Positions 47,395-56,565 of a DNA stretch of 64,000 nt are shown here, piece by piece. Position 1 is the stretch's first letter, and every line of letters starts with the position of its first letter. The notes under the pieces are model-generated. The model did no database searches and had not been told where the DNA came from. It saw only the letters and a list, made by a program, of their open reading frames with translations. Location: the NCBI GenBank assembly GCA_964648335.1, contig CAZYLZ010000002.1:13637-77636 (forward strand), written 5' to 3'. This DNA comes from an uncultured Candidatus Saccharibacteria bacterium. GTDB lineage: Bacteria; Patescibacteriota; Minisyncoccia; Phycocordibacterales; UBA2100. Position numbers and translations under genes: made by a program.

Positions 47395-47596
47395 AAGCCA
47401 CCTCGCTTATGTAGTACCCGAACTAAGCGGGTATCGGGCTTCACCCAGGCCGAAAGGCAGCCTGCGTGTATTATACTATATTTCATATTATAGGTCAATA
47501 ACGTTCGTTTACCACCGCTAACCGACCCAGACTATGTCCCCTCAGGGCCATACAAGTTGCTTTTTTTGGCAACGTAGTGCATACTGCGGTCGTTCT

Positions 47597-47965
47597 ATGA
47601 CAGCGAAGACAGCACGTAAGACCGCCTCGAAAAAGGCAAGCAAAGCCCTCACCGGCCTGCCTGAGCGTTTGCGCATCCGCGTACGTGCTTACGAGCACCG
47701 CGTGCTCGACACGTCTGTCAAGCAGATCATCGACACGGCAGTCCGCCTGGGTGCCACCGTCGTGGGTCCCGTTCCGCTTCCAACCGAAATCAAGAAGTAC
47801 ACGGTCAACCGTGCATCCTTCATCGACAAGGACTCTCGCGAGCAGTTCGAGATGCGCGTCCACAAGCGCATGATCGATATCATGAGCCCGACCCCAAAGG
47901 TCATCGAGGCTCTCACCAACATCGACCTCCCATCCGGTGTATCTATTGACGTCAAGATGATGTAA
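47597..47965 (+). CDS. rpsJ: Ribosomal protein S10 with Lys/Ala-rich N-terminal extension
   Basis: IRVRAYEHRVLDTSVKQIIDTAVRLGATVVGPVPLPT...HKRMIDI is the S10 core; about 20-aa basic N-terminal extension. Confidence 0.9.
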   Translation: MTAKTARKTASKKASKALTGLPERLRIRVRAYEHRVLDTSVKQIIDTAVRLGATVVGPVPLPTEIKKYTVNRASFIDKDSREQFEMRVHKRMIDIMSPTPKVIEALTNIDLPSGVSIDVKMM

Positions 47966-47981
47966 CCCTGTGGTTATTGGA

Positions 47982-48024
47982 AAAAGCCGTGGATTACCCT
48001 TGTGGTCATCCACGGCTTTTCTTT
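47982..48024 (+). terminator. Terminator-like hairpin after rpsJ (aagccgtggat...atccacggctt plus TTCTTT)
   Basis: 11-bp stem with a 13-nt loop and a T-rich tail. Confidence 0.5.
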
Positions 48025-48089
48025 AGTAGAGGTCGTGTTTTGTGCATAACCAGAATCAACGGGTTCTAAGCGCGCTATACTTTTCAGAC

Positions 48090-48527
48090 ATGAGACGTGC
48101 GCTTATCGCTTCCACCTTGGTGGCTTCACTTCTGCCCTTTATCGCCGTTGCACAGACGCAAGGGGATGATATGCGTTCGGTCATCGAGGCCGATCTCCAT
48201 GCCAAAGGGGTCGACTCTACTATGAGTGCAGCCGATTTCCGGGCTCTGGTCGACTCGCTTGCAAACGCCTCGCAGAAAGAGGGGATAACCCCGAAAACCG
48301 TGGTAGAGAACCAAAATGCCGAAAACTTCAAGAATACGCCCCCGTTGGCCTCGGGGAGCACCTTCGATCAGGCGGCGCAGGGTGTCGATGCGGACTTGCG
48401 CGCAGCGTCCGAACAGGAACTCGCCGTGATCGTTGCTGGCGTGGTAGCGCTCGCGCTCTTGTTCGGAATATGGCGCAGATACAAGCATTTGTCGGCTATC
48501 CGGGCGTCGTCGGCAAAGCTCCTCTAG
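48090..48527 (+). CDS. Secreted hypothetical protein with C-terminal TM anchor, inserted between rpsJ and rplC
   Basis: ATG at 48090; signal peptide MRRALIASTLVASLLPFIAVAQ; C-terminal helix LAVIVAGVVALALLFGIW. Confidence 0.45.
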   Translation: MRRALIASTLVASLLPFIAVAQTQGDDMRSVIEADLHAKGVDSTMSAADFRALVDSLANASQKEGITPKTVVENQNAENFKNTPPLASGSTFDQAAQGVDADLRAASEQELAVIVAGVVALALLFGIWRRYKHLSAIRASSAKLL

Positions 48528-48681
48528 CACGTATTCTGCGAGAGGGGACAGGATGCTTGCATTTTATGCAAAGTTCTATATAGTGCACGAACGCTACGTC
48601 CCAAGAAGGGACCAATGGTACGAGGCATTCGCCTCCGCCATCGAGTGGACGGCGTTTTTTCATTTTATGACAAACAAATTC

Positions 48682-49287
48682 ATGTTGGGAACCAAGGGTC
48701 GTATGACCCAGGTATTTAACGAAGACGGCAGCGTCAAGGCTGCTACGGTTGTTACTGCAGGTCCCCTTAAGGTGACCCAGGTAAAGACTGTCGAGATCGA
48801 CGGATACAAGGCTGTACAGGTAGGCTTTGGCGACCGCCGCGAGAAGAATGTTAACAAGCCGCAGTTGGGTCATCTTAAAGACCTTGGCACCTTCATGCAC
48901 TTGCGAGAGTTCCGCCTTACCGAGGGTTTCAAGACCCCGCTCGAGCGCGGTCAGTCGATCGACGTATCGGCGTTCGTTCCAGGCGACGTCATCACCGTTT
49001 CTGCAATCACCAAGGGAAAGGGCTTCCAGGGAGGCGTTAAGCTCCAGGGCTTCAAGGGTGCTCCTCGCTCGCACGGTCACAAGCAATCCGAGCGCCGTCC
49101 AGGTTCTATCGGTATGCGCTGGCCGCAGCGCGTCATCAAGGGAAAGCGCATGGCAGGACGCATGGGTGGCGACATGGTCACGGTCAAGAATCTCAAGGTC
49201 CTCCAGGTCGACATCGCAACCAATACCCTCGTCATCTCGGGTGCAATCCCAGGGAAGCCAGGAGCTCTCATCGAGATCATCGCATAA
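48682..49287 (+). CDS. rplC: Ribosomal protein L3
   Basis: MLGTKGRMTQVFNEDG... L3 N-terminus and full-length family similarity. Confidence 0.9.
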   Translation: MLGTKGRMTQVFNEDGSVKAATVVTAGPLKVTQVKTVEIDGYKAVQVGFGDRREKNVNKPQLGHLKDLGTFMHLREFRLTEGFKTPLERGQSIDVSAFVPGDVITVSAITKGKGFQGGVKLQGFKGAPRSHGHKQSERRPGSIGMRWPQRVIKGKRMAGRMGGDMVTVKNLKVLQVDIATNTLVISGAIPGKPGALIEIIA

Positions 49288-49294
49288 CCTTTAT

Positions 49295-49960
49295 ATGAAA
49301 ACAGACATCTACAACACACAGGGTAAGAAGGCAGGGTCAATCGACCTTCCCGAGACTGTCTTCGGACTTCCGTGGAACAACGACCTGGTCTATCAGACTG
49401 TCGTCGCTATGGAGGCAAACGCCCGAACCCCGGTCGCGCACACCAAGCAGCGTGGCGAAGTCCGCGGAGGTGGAAAGAAACCATGGAAGCAGAAGGGAAC
49501 CGGACGCGCACGTCACGGATCGATCCGCTCTCCTATCTGGAAAGGCGGTGGTGTCACCCACGGACCTCGCAAAGAGAAGATCTATTCGCAGAAGCTCAAC
49601 AAGAAAGCCCGCGCCAAGGCGCTCTATACCGTGCTCTCTCAGAAGCTTCGCGATGGCAAGATCCTCTTCGTCGATGAGCTCGCATTCGCGCAGCCAAAGA
49701 CTGCCGAGGCCAAGAAGGCTCTCGTAAACTTTGCCGGCGTCAAAGGCTTCGACACGATTGCTACCAAGAAGAAGAACAGCGCTCTCATCGCTATCGGCAC
49801 CTTGAACCCAGGAGCAGTAAAGAGCTTCAACAACATGGGTAACGTCGCTACCGTCGAGACCCGCAACCTGAACCCGGTCGAGGTCTTGCGCGCAAGCTAC
49901 CTGGTTATCGTGAACCCTGAAGAGTCGGTCAAGGTACTCGCCGCTCGCTCAACCAAATAA
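49295..49960 (+). CDS. rplD: Ribosomal protein L4
   Basis: ATG at 49295 (MKTDIYNTQGKKAGSIDLPETVFG...); the 377-aa ORF in the track is an out-of-register upstream extension overlapping rplC. Confidence 0.9.
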   Translation: MKTDIYNTQGKKAGSIDLPETVFGLPWNNDLVYQTVVAMEANARTPVAHTKQRGEVRGGGKKPWKQKGTGRARHGSIRSPIWKGGGVTHGPRKEKIYSQKLNKKARAKALYTVLSQKLRDGKILFVDELAFAQPKTAEAKKALVNFAGVKGFDTIATKKKNSALIAIGTLNPGAVKSFNNMGNVATVETRNLNPVEVLRASYLVIVNPEESVKVLAARSTK

Positions 49961-49963
49961 TAT

Positions 49964-50386
49964 ATGGCTATCTTCAAACGAACACCAAAAGCAGCTGCAG
50001 AGACCAAGACTGCAAAGACGACCAAAGAGCCTAAGGCAAAGAAGGTCGCTTCCAAGAAGACAGCGGTCGTAAAGACCGCAGCTCCTATCGAGATTTCTGC
50101 AGACGCACAGAGCATGGCGCACGTACTCATCCGTCCTCGTATCACCGAGAAGGCGAGCGAGAGCGCATCGAAGAACTGCTATGTCTTCGATATCCACCTC
50201 GATGCCACTAAGCGCGATGTCGTATCCGCGATACGCAGCGCGTACAAGGTCACTCCGGTGCGCGTCAACGTCACCTACATCCGTGCAAAGAACGTCGTTA
50301 CTCGCCGCGGTCAGCGCGGAGTGAAGCAGGGTGGAAAGAAGGCATACGTGTATCTTAAGAAGGACGACACCATCACACTGATGTAA
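49964..50386 (+). CDS. rplW: Ribosomal protein L23 with Lys-rich N-terminal extension
   Basis: L23 core HVLIRPRITEKASE...YVFDIHLDATKRDVVSAI...; about 45-aa Lys/Ala/Thr-rich N-terminal extension. Confidence 0.9.
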   Translation: MAIFKRTPKAAAETKTAKTTKEPKAKKVASKKTAVVKTAAPIEISADAQSMAHVLIRPRITEKASESASKNCYVFDIHLDATKRDVVSAIRSAYKVTPVRVNVTYIRAKNVVTRRGQRGVKQGGKKAYVYLKKDDTITLM

Positions 50387-50396
50387 CCCAATTTGT

Positions 50397-51239
50397 ATGA
50401 AGAGCTATAAACCAACAACACCGTCACAGCGCAACACCACCCGGGTCAACTACCGCGAGGAGTTGAGCGGAGACAAGCCGCATAAGGCTCTCACAGGCGG
50501 TTTTTACCGCGCATGGGGTCGTAACCACCATGGCCGCATCACCACACGCCACAAGGGAGGCGGACACAAGCGCAACTACCGCGATATCGACTTCATGTAC
50601 GACAAGCACGACGTCGAGGCCAAAATCGAGACCATCGAGTACGACCCGAACCGCTCTGCGTTCATCGGTCTCGCGCTCTATACCGACGGCGCGCGCCGCT
50701 ACGTCATCTTGCCAGCTACCGTCAAAGTCGGCGACACGTTTATCGTATCAGTCGAAGCTCCGGTAAAGGCAGGTAACCGCATGATGCTCAAGAACATGCC
50801 ACTTGGCACGTTCGTATACAACATCGAGATCAAGCCCAACGGCGGATCAAAGATCGCACGCTCTGCAGGCAACTACGCAGAAGTCGTCGCACAAGACAAC
50901 GGCAAGACCCATCTTAAGATGCCATCGACCGAAGTCCGCCAGGTAGTCGGTACTGCATGGGCGTCAGTAGGAGCCGTTTCTAACGACGAGCACCGCCTCA
51001 TGCATCTCGGAAAAGCAGGTCGCTCGCGTCACTTGGGTATCCGCCCAACAGTCCGCGGTGCTGCAATGAACCCGGTAGACCACCCACACGGAGGAGGAGA
51101 AGGACGCATGGGTCGCGGACACCGCCGCGCTCGCTCTCTCTGGGGCAAGCCAACCGGCAAGGGACAGAAGTCTCGCGCACCAAAGAAGTACTCGAACGTA
51201 TTCATCCTCAATCGCCGCAAGGTTGGCAAGAAGCAATAA
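50397..51239 (+). CDS. rplB: Ribosomal protein L2
   Basis: GRNHHGRITTRHKGGGHKRNYR and the L2 C-terminal GGGEGR motif. Confidence 0.95.
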   Translation: MKSYKPTTPSQRNTTRVNYREELSGDKPHKALTGGFYRAWGRNHHGRITTRHKGGGHKRNYRDIDFMYDKHDVEAKIETIEYDPNRSAFIGLALYTDGARRYVILPATVKVGDTFIVSVEAPVKAGNRMMLKNMPLGTFVYNIEIKPNGGSKIARSAGNYAEVVAQDNGKTHLKMPSTEVRQVVGTAWASVGAVSNDEHRLMHLGKAGRSRHLGIRPTVRGAAMNPVDHPHGGGEGRMGRGHRRARSLWGKPTGKGQKSRAPKKYSNVFILNRRKVGKKQ

Positions 51240-51246
51240 TCGATTA

Positions 51247-51274
51247 GAAAGCCCCACGTAAGTGGGGCTTTCGG
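51247..51274. terminator. Bidirectional terminator (gaaagccccac-gtaa-gtggggctttc)
   Basis: 11-bp stem immediately after the rplB stop; convergent with the minus-strand gene at 51278-51544. Confidence 0.6.
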
Positions 51275-51277
51275 TTT

Positions 51278-51544
51278 TTATACCAGCTCGATTTCGCGCA
51301 CCGTGCCGTCTTTCTTTCTCAGCAGGATCGTATCACCCTCTTGAATACGAGCGCGCAGCCATTTTCCGAGGCGTTGTATCTCATCGTTCTGATCGATCGA
51401 GCATTTTGCAAAATGCTCGATCGCAGCTCGAATCTGGTGTGCGTCTTTCATCAGGGCGGGGTGGCACTTTCGTATGATAGCGAGATGCTCAATGTCACGC
51501 TGTAATAGGGTAAAGGTCGAGCGAGTCCCGGGTTTCTTTGCCAC
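51278..51544 (-). CDS. Small hypothetical protein (88 aa)
   Basis: No recognisable family; inserted between rplB and rpsS. Confidence 0.4.
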   Translation of the reverse strand: MAKKPGTRSTFTLLQRDIEHLAIIRKCHPALMKDAHQIRAAIEHFAKCSIDQNDEIQRLGKWLRARIQEGDTILLRKKDGTVREIELV

Positions 51545-51813
51545 TGGTAACTCCTTGTTTCTTTTACGGGCGTACTATGAGGACTGTAACATAAAAAAGA
51601 TTACACTCTGCAGAAATGGGGGACATTATTCGTTGACCGACGAATTTGCGGAAAGTGGGATAATTGACAGTCTGATAAAAGAACGTAGTCTTGCAACAGC
51701 GCCACAGTCTCTGTTCTCGTCCAGGTAAACCCCTAACCCAGAGGAGCCCTGTATACGTAGCTACTCATGCCATCAGATGCGGCAATCATGCTGCGGATGG
51801 AATGGAGGACACT

Positions 51814-52248
51814 ATGTGGCACGAACAAAAATCCCTCGAAAAAATCGAGGCGCTGCTAGAACGGTCGATTATGGGTCGATCGGAGGCTGCGAGCCTGTTT
51901 CGACGCATTGCCGACCAGATCGAGCAGGGAGGTACTCTCGACGAGTCTCTCTTCGATCTGTCGCAAGCATGCGGCGAAGCGCTCCTTCGCGTAAGCGAGG
52001 CAGTATTCGCTCCGTATGCCGATCCTTTCGAAGCCTTTATAAAGGACTTCGAGGAGGTGCGCGAGACGAGTCCTGCGGCCCGTATGTATCGCGAGATTGC
52101 AGCAGCAGCCGAGCCCGAGTGGGACGGATATGCGGACTGTGACTGCGATGCATGCTGGGGTCGGGAAACACCTGGCGGCTATTGGGATGAACCGAGACCC
52201 TACTGCGATGGCTGTGGACACTGTGTCGACTGCCTCGGGTTCGGGTAG
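51814..52248 (+). CDS. Hypothetical protein with Cys-rich C-terminus (about 144 aa)
   Basis: GGAGGA SD; helical N-terminal part; tail CDCDACWGRETPGGYWDEPRPYCDGCGHCVDC. Confidence 0.45.
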   Translation: MWHEQKSLEKIEALLERSIMGRSEAASLFRRIADQIEQGGTLDESLFDLSQACGEALLRVSEAVFAPYADPFEAFIKDFEEVRETSPAARMYREIAAAAEPEWDGYADCDCDACWGRETPGGYWDEPRPYCDGCGHCVDCLGFG

Positions 52249-52353
52249 GTTCACCTCCACTCCCGGCGAGAATTCTCGCCGGTTTTCATTATGGATACCA
52301 AACGAATAAAAAAGGGACCGCACAAAGTAGGTGCGGTCCCGGGTCGTTGCGAA

Positions 52354-52809
52354 TTAATCCTTTGATCCATAGGAATCGCGTTTCGCGACCAATACGTGAA
52401 CCTGCTCCTTGAGTTCGTTCAGCAGATCCCAAAGTGTATCGTCGGATCTAATCTGTGCGCATATCCGACGATAGCCATGCATGATGGTAGTGTGATCTCG
52501 TCGGCCGATCCTCTGGCCGATCTGCGGGTAGGAAAGCGTGGTCAGCTCTTTGCAGGGCCATATTGCGATATAGCGTGCCTGGACAAGTCCGGGCTTTCCA
52601 TACTGACTCACCAGGAGTTGTCGAGAAATCTCGAAATGTCGACATACGACATAGAGAATGATCTCGAGGGTTATCTTTCCCCTATGCGGGATGAGGTACT
52701 CGAGCAGGGGACGCTCAGGTACCACACTATCGATCCCATATATGCGGATACTTTCGGTCGGATCGTTGCGGTTCGAGTCTTTCGACATCGGGTTCTCCTT
52801 GCGGGTCAA
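52354..52809 (-). CDS. Standalone DnaA C-terminal (domain IV, DnaA-box-binding HTH) domain protein
   Basis: ISRQLLVSQYGKPGLVQARYIAIWPCKELTTLSYPQIGQRIGRRDHTTIMHGYRRI matches the Bac_DnaA_C signature (...IG..FGGRDHTTV.HA..KI). Confidence 0.65.
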   Translation of the reverse strand: MTRKENPMSKDSNRNDPTESIRIYGIDSVVPERPLLEYLIPHRGKITLEIILYVVCRHFEISRQLLVSQYGKPGLVQARYIAIWPCKELTTLSYPQIGQRIGRRDHTTIMHGYRRICAQIRSDDTLWDLLNELKEQVHVLVAKRDSYGSKD

Positions 52810-52912
52810 TGCTCGTCCCAGTTAAGCATGGCCTGTGGCTGATGGCAAAGTGGCTTATTACCTAGCTTAAAATGGGCTCGGTCGGCAAATAACCGCAGAG
52901 AACCGCACTTTG

Positions 52913-52941
52913 TTGACATTTAAAGGTCCTTCGCGTACTAT
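52913..52941 (+). promoter_or_regulatory. Sigma70-type promoter (TTGACA, 17 nt, TACTAT) upstream of rpsS
   Basis: ttgaca at 52913-52918; tactat at 52936-52941; near-identical to the promoter at 59495-59523. Confidence 0.5.
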
Positions 52942-52991
52942 GCGGGCACGCCTTTCCGGCGTTTTGTTTTGCATATTTTGCACTAATACCT

Positions 52992-53324
52992 ATGTCACGA
53001 TCATCTAAAAAAGGACCTTATGTAGACGAGCGTCTGCTCGCAAAAGTCTTGGCTTCTAAGCCAGGCGCTTCTGTGATAAAGACGTGGGCTCGTGCATGCC
53101 AGATTCCGCCGGAATTCGTCGGTTTTAAGTTCGGCGTTCACAACGGCAAGCAGCATATTGAGGTTCTCGTTTCGGAAGAGATGATCGGACACCGTTTGGG
53201 CGAGTTCTCTCCTACTACCCGCTTCGGTAAGCACGGAGGTAAGATGCAGAAGGAGCTCGAGACCGCTAAGCGCGAGGCCGAAGTATCTGCAGCAAAGGCA
53301 GCTAAGGCACCCGCCACCAAATAA
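52992..53324 (+). CDS. rpsS: Ribosomal protein S19 with C-terminal Lys/Ala-rich extension
   Basis: GPYVDERLLAKV...HNGKQHIEVLVSEEMIGHRLGEFSPTTRFGKHGG is the S19 signature. Confidence 0.9.
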   Translation: MSRSSKKGPYVDERLLAKVLASKPGASVIKTWARACQIPPEFVGFKFGVHNGKQHIEVLVSEEMIGHRLGEFSPTTRFGKHGGKMQKELETAKREAEVSAAKAAKAPATK

Positions 53325-53326
53325 CC

Positions 53327-53722
53327 ATGAAAGCTACGCTCTCAGACTACCACCAGTCGCCGCGCAAGGTCCGCCTTGTCGCTAACCTCGTGCGCGGAAA
53401 GAACATCGAGAGCGCTCGTCGCATCCTCATGTTTGCCGACCAGAAGTCTTCTCCAATCTTGAAGAAGCTTTTGGAGTCAGCTATCGCAAACGCCAAGAAT
53501 GCTGGTATCGACACCAAGGACCTCGTCGTAAAGGACCTCCAGATAGGGAAGGGATTGGTGATGAAGCGCTTCATGGCACGCTCTCGCGGACGCGGAGCCC
53601 CTATCAAGCGCCGCACGAGCCACATCTTTTTGACGCTTGGAGATGCTACTGTAAAGGGAAAGAAGGGACGTCCCGACGGCCACACGATCACCAAGCGCAC
53701 CCCTAAGACAACCACTGCATAA
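53327..53722 (+). CDS. rplV: Ribosomal protein L22
   Basis: L22 family (SPRKVRLVANLVRGKNIESARRIL...). Confidence 0.9.
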   Translation: MKATLSDYHQSPRKVRLVANLVRGKNIESARRILMFADQKSSPILKKLLESAIANAKNAGIDTKDLVVKDLQIGKGLVMKRFMARSRGRGAPIKRRTSHIFLTLGDATVKGKKGRPDGHTITKRTPKTTTA

Positions 53723-53726
53723 TTTT

Positions 53727-54440
53727 ATGACACACACCGTACATCCATTCGCACATCGCCTCGGCATACTCCGCACGTGGAAGTCCCGTTGGATTTCGCA
53801 CAACCCGGCAGAGTACCGCAAGAACCTCGGTACCGACCTTGCAATCCGCAAGTTCCTTACCAAGCGCTTGCGCGGCATGTACGTCACCGCAGTCGAGATC
53901 GAGCGATCGCAGAAGGCGCTCCGCATCCTGATCAAGACATCACGCCCAGGACTCGTCATCGGACGAGGCGGAGAGGGTTCGACCAAGCTCGCCAAAGAAG
54001 TCGAGGCAGTAGTCAAGCTCCAGAAGCCTAAGGAGATGCCACAGGTCAAGATCGATATCGAAGAGATTCGCTCGCCCGAGAGCCAGGCGCCCATTGTTGC
54101 ATACATGATCGCCGAAGGCCTCGAGAAGCGCCAGACTTTCCGCCGCGTTATGAAGCAGACCATGGAGAAAGTCATGGCTAACCGCGACGTACAGGGAGTC
54201 GCTATTGGACTTTCGGGACGCTTGGGAGGAGCCGACATGTCTCGCGACGAACACCTCAAGATGGGACGCATCCCGCTCCAGACTTTGCGTGCAGATATCG
54301 ACTTCGCTCGCGAGAAGGCCTACCTTCCGTACGGAGTCATCGGTATCAAGGTATGGATCTACCGCGGAGACGTCTACGAGGCTACCAAGAAAGAAGAGCA
54401 GGCTCAGCAGGCACGCCGCGAATCCCGATCAAACCGCTAA
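53727..54440 (+). CDS. rpsC: Ribosomal protein S3
   Basis: KH-domain and S3 C-terminal domain motifs (GRGGEGSTKL...GIKVWIYRG). Confidence 0.95.
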   Translation: MTHTVHPFAHRLGILRTWKSRWISHNPAEYRKNLGTDLAIRKFLTKRLRGMYVTAVEIERSQKALRILIKTSRPGLVIGRGGEGSTKLAKEVEAVVKLQKPKEMPQVKIDIEEIRSPESQAPIVAYMIAEGLEKRQTFRRVMKQTMEKVMANRDVQGVAIGLSGRLGGADMSRDEHLKMGRIPLQTLRADIDFAREKAYLPYGVIGIKVWIYRGDVYEATKKEEQAQQARRESRSNR

Positions 54441-54449
54441 TAAATTTGT

Positions 54450-54875
54450 ATGTTGTCTCCTAAGAAACCGAAATACCGCAAGTGGCAGACTGGACGAAAG
54501 AATATTCGTCGCATCAATGCACCCGAGACTCGCGGACTCACCGTCGCGTTTGGTTCGCATGGGCTTAAGGCAACGACCGCCGCTCGTGTTACATCGAACC
54601 AGCTCGAGGCTGCCCGCAAAGTGATCATCCGCTCTGCGGGCAAGGTAGGCCGCGTGTGGATCCGTGTCTTCCCAGACCGTCCGTTTACCGCCAAGCCTGC
54701 CGAAGTGGGCATGGGTTCGGGAAAGGGAGACCTCCAGGGCTATGTCTTCGAGGTTCGCCCAGGGCGCGTGCTCTTTGAGGTCGAGGCTGCAAATCCTGCC
54801 ATGGCCCGCGAAGCACTTCGCAAAGGAGGAACCAAGCTACCGCTCCGCACTAAGATAGTCGAGAGAACCCACTAA
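54450..54875 (+). CDS. rplP: Ribosomal protein L16
   Basis: MLSPKKPKYRKWQTGR... is the L16 family signature. Confidence 0.95.
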   Translation: MLSPKKPKYRKWQTGRKNIRRINAPETRGLTVAFGSHGLKATTAARVTSNQLEAARKVIIRSAGKVGRVWIRVFPDRPFTAKPAEVGMGSGKGDLQGYVFEVRPGRVLFEVEAANPAMAREALRKGGTKLPLRTKIVERTH

Positions 54876-54880
54876 CCCCT

Positions 54881-55090
54881 ATGACAACCTTCAAGAACAC
54901 ATCCGAGGCTGACCTCAAGAAATTGGTCGCCGACAAGAAAGACGCGCTCCGCTCGTCTCGCTTTGGCGTCGCAGGAAGTCGCGCACGCAACGTAAAAGAA
55001 GCACGCACGACCCGCCGCGAGATTGCGCGTGCACTCACCGAGCTCCGTGCTCGAGTGCTCGGGCTTGCCAAGGAGGGTTCTGTCAAGTAG
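54881..55090 (+). CDS. rpmC: Ribosomal protein L29
   Basis: 69-aa helical protein in the conserved position after L16. Confidence 0.85.
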   Translation: MTTFKNTSEADLKKLVADKKDALRSSRFGVAGSRARNVKEARTTRREIARALTELRARVLGLAKEGSVK

Positions 55091-55110
55091 GATGCTCAAG
55101 CCAAAAACGT

Positions 55111-55362
55111 ATGGAAACAACAACTAACAAAACAACTCAGGGAAAGGTCCTCTCTGGCGTCGTCGTAAAGGCGGCCATGAAGGATACCTGCACCGTTGCA
55201 GTCATGCGTTTCGTAAAGCACCCTAAATACGAAAAGTTCCAGAAGCTCGTCAAGAAGTACCTCGTACACGACGCAGGTAACACCAAGGCGATAGGAGACA
55301 AGGTCACTATCAAGGAGACCCGTCCGCTCTCGAAGCGCAAGCGTTTCATCATCGTCAACTAG
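55111..55362 (+). CDS. rpsQ: Ribosomal protein S17
   Basis: OB-fold S17 motifs (GVVVKAAMKDTCTVAV...KYLVHDAGN...GDKVTIKETRPLSKRKRF). Confidence 0.9.
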   Translation: METTTNKTTQGKVLSGVVVKAAMKDTCTVAVMRFVKHPKYEKFQKLVKKYLVHDAGNTKAIGDKVTIKETRPLSKRKRFIIVN

Positions 55363-55366
55363 TTTT

Positions 55367-55738
55367 ATGATCCAGCCATCAACCATCGTCGTTATAGCGG
55401 ACAACACCGGAGCCAAGATCGGCCGCGTTTTCAAGGTGTTGGGCGGCTCTAAGCGCCGCTATGCTCGCATTGGCGACGAGGTGATCCTCGCGGTCCAGGT
55501 GGCAGAGCCACGCAAAGGCGTAAAGCGCAAGGATGTCGTGACGGCAGTTGTCGTACGCCAGGCGCAGCCATTTCGCCGCAAGGACGGATCGTACATCCGC
55601 TTCGACGAGAACGCAGTTGTCATCGTCGAGAAGGGAAAGCTCGAACCCAAGGCTAACCGCATCTTTGGTCCAATTCCACGCGAACTCGGAGACCGCGGCT
55701 ACCAGAAGATAATCTCGCTCGCCCCTGAGGTGGTCTAG
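55367..55738 (+). CDS. rplN: Ribosomal protein L14
   Basis: MIQPSTIVVIADNTGAK... is the L14 family signature. Confidence 0.95.
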   Translation: MIQPSTIVVIADNTGAKIGRVFKVLGGSKRRYARIGDEVILAVQVAEPRKGVKRKDVVTAVVVRQAQPFRRKDGSYIRFDENAVVIVEKGKLEPKANRIFGPIPRELGDRGYQKIISLAPEVV

Positions 55739-55746
55739 GAAGGATA

Positions 55747-55774
55747 TTGACAACACTTAAAAAAAGTGTATAAT
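55747..55774 (+). promoter_or_regulatory. Near-consensus sigma70 promoter (TTGACA, 16 nt, TGTATAAT) for the inserted gene at 55843
   Basis: ttgaca at 55747-55752; tataat at 55769-55774 preceded by tg; followed by an 8-bp hairpin plus T-run (55784-55806) in the leader. Confidence 0.55.
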
Positions 55775-55842
55775 TTCAATTAGAAAATGGCTCAGACGGC
55801 CATTTTTGATTTATAGTCCAATAGTGCAACAGGAGAAGTCAG

Positions 55843-56565
55843 ATGAACTTCGACAGTCAGATCGGTTCAAAGCTCTTGCTCACGGTGACTGCCGTTCAGG
55901 GACGATCGAAGCCCTCCAAGCTTTCATTCGGCGTGGAATTCGAGCAGTATGACATGCTGCTCGAAAAACATGCTTCGGACCCTGTTCCGGAGGAAGTAAC
56001 CAGCACCGATTACTGGGAAGCGGGTGGACGCGACGTTAGTCGCTGGTATGGTGTGTCGCCCAACAAGTCGATGCGTATCTATCACGTCAGCGGCGATTCG
56101 CGTGACCTTCTTGTTGAAGGTGACAAGTGGGAAGTCGAGGTGGTGAAGTGCTATCTCAATCCCAACGAAGCTCGTACTCGCGATAACCGCCGCAAAATTC
56201 ATTACACGGTCATGCCGATTCGGCGTGACGTGCATGTACATCGGGCGTCCGTTGATTTCGCTCGTAAGTCAGTCCTCACCACCTATCGTTGCGGAACTAA
56301 TACGCAGGAGGACCGGTCCGAATGCGATGTATATGTGCGCAGGTATCGTCTCGAAAACGGCTGGGTCGTTCAGGCTCTCGAAGCCTCGAAAGACGGCGTC
56401 ATCATCGAGGTTCGGGTGAACCAGATACTGGAACCGAATCAATATATGACGGCACTCCAGGCTGAATCTGGACACCATATGGACACCAAGAGCCTTCGCC
56501 GGATGTACGCCGCCGTGCCATCGGTGCCGAACGACTTTCTCAAGCACATGAACAAGGCTGCATAA
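55843..56565 (+). CDS. Hypothetical protein (240 aa) inserted between rplN and rplX
   Basis: SD AGGAGAAG; own promoter; terminator hairpin gaccccggc-atgagc-gccggggtc plus T-run at 56579-56612. Confidence 0.55.
   Translation: MNFDSQIGSKLLLTVTAVQGRSKPSKLSFGVEFEQYDMLLEKHASDPVPEEVTSTDYWEAGGRDVSRWYGVSPNKSMRIYHVSGDSRDLLVEGDKWEVEVVKCYLNPNEARTRDNRRKIHYTVMPIRRDVHVHRASVDFARKSVLTTYRCGTNTQEDRSECDVYVRRYRLENGWVVQALEASKDGVIIEVRVNQILEPNQYMTALQAESGHHMDTKSLRRMYAAVPSVPNDFLKHMNKAA

Noticed and set aside
48827-49294. 377-aa ORF suggesting a very long L4 or a fused protein overlapping rplC
   Set aside because: The upstream about 155 codons overlap rplC in another frame and are Ser/Arg-rich nonsense. A canonical L4 begins at the ATG at 49295.
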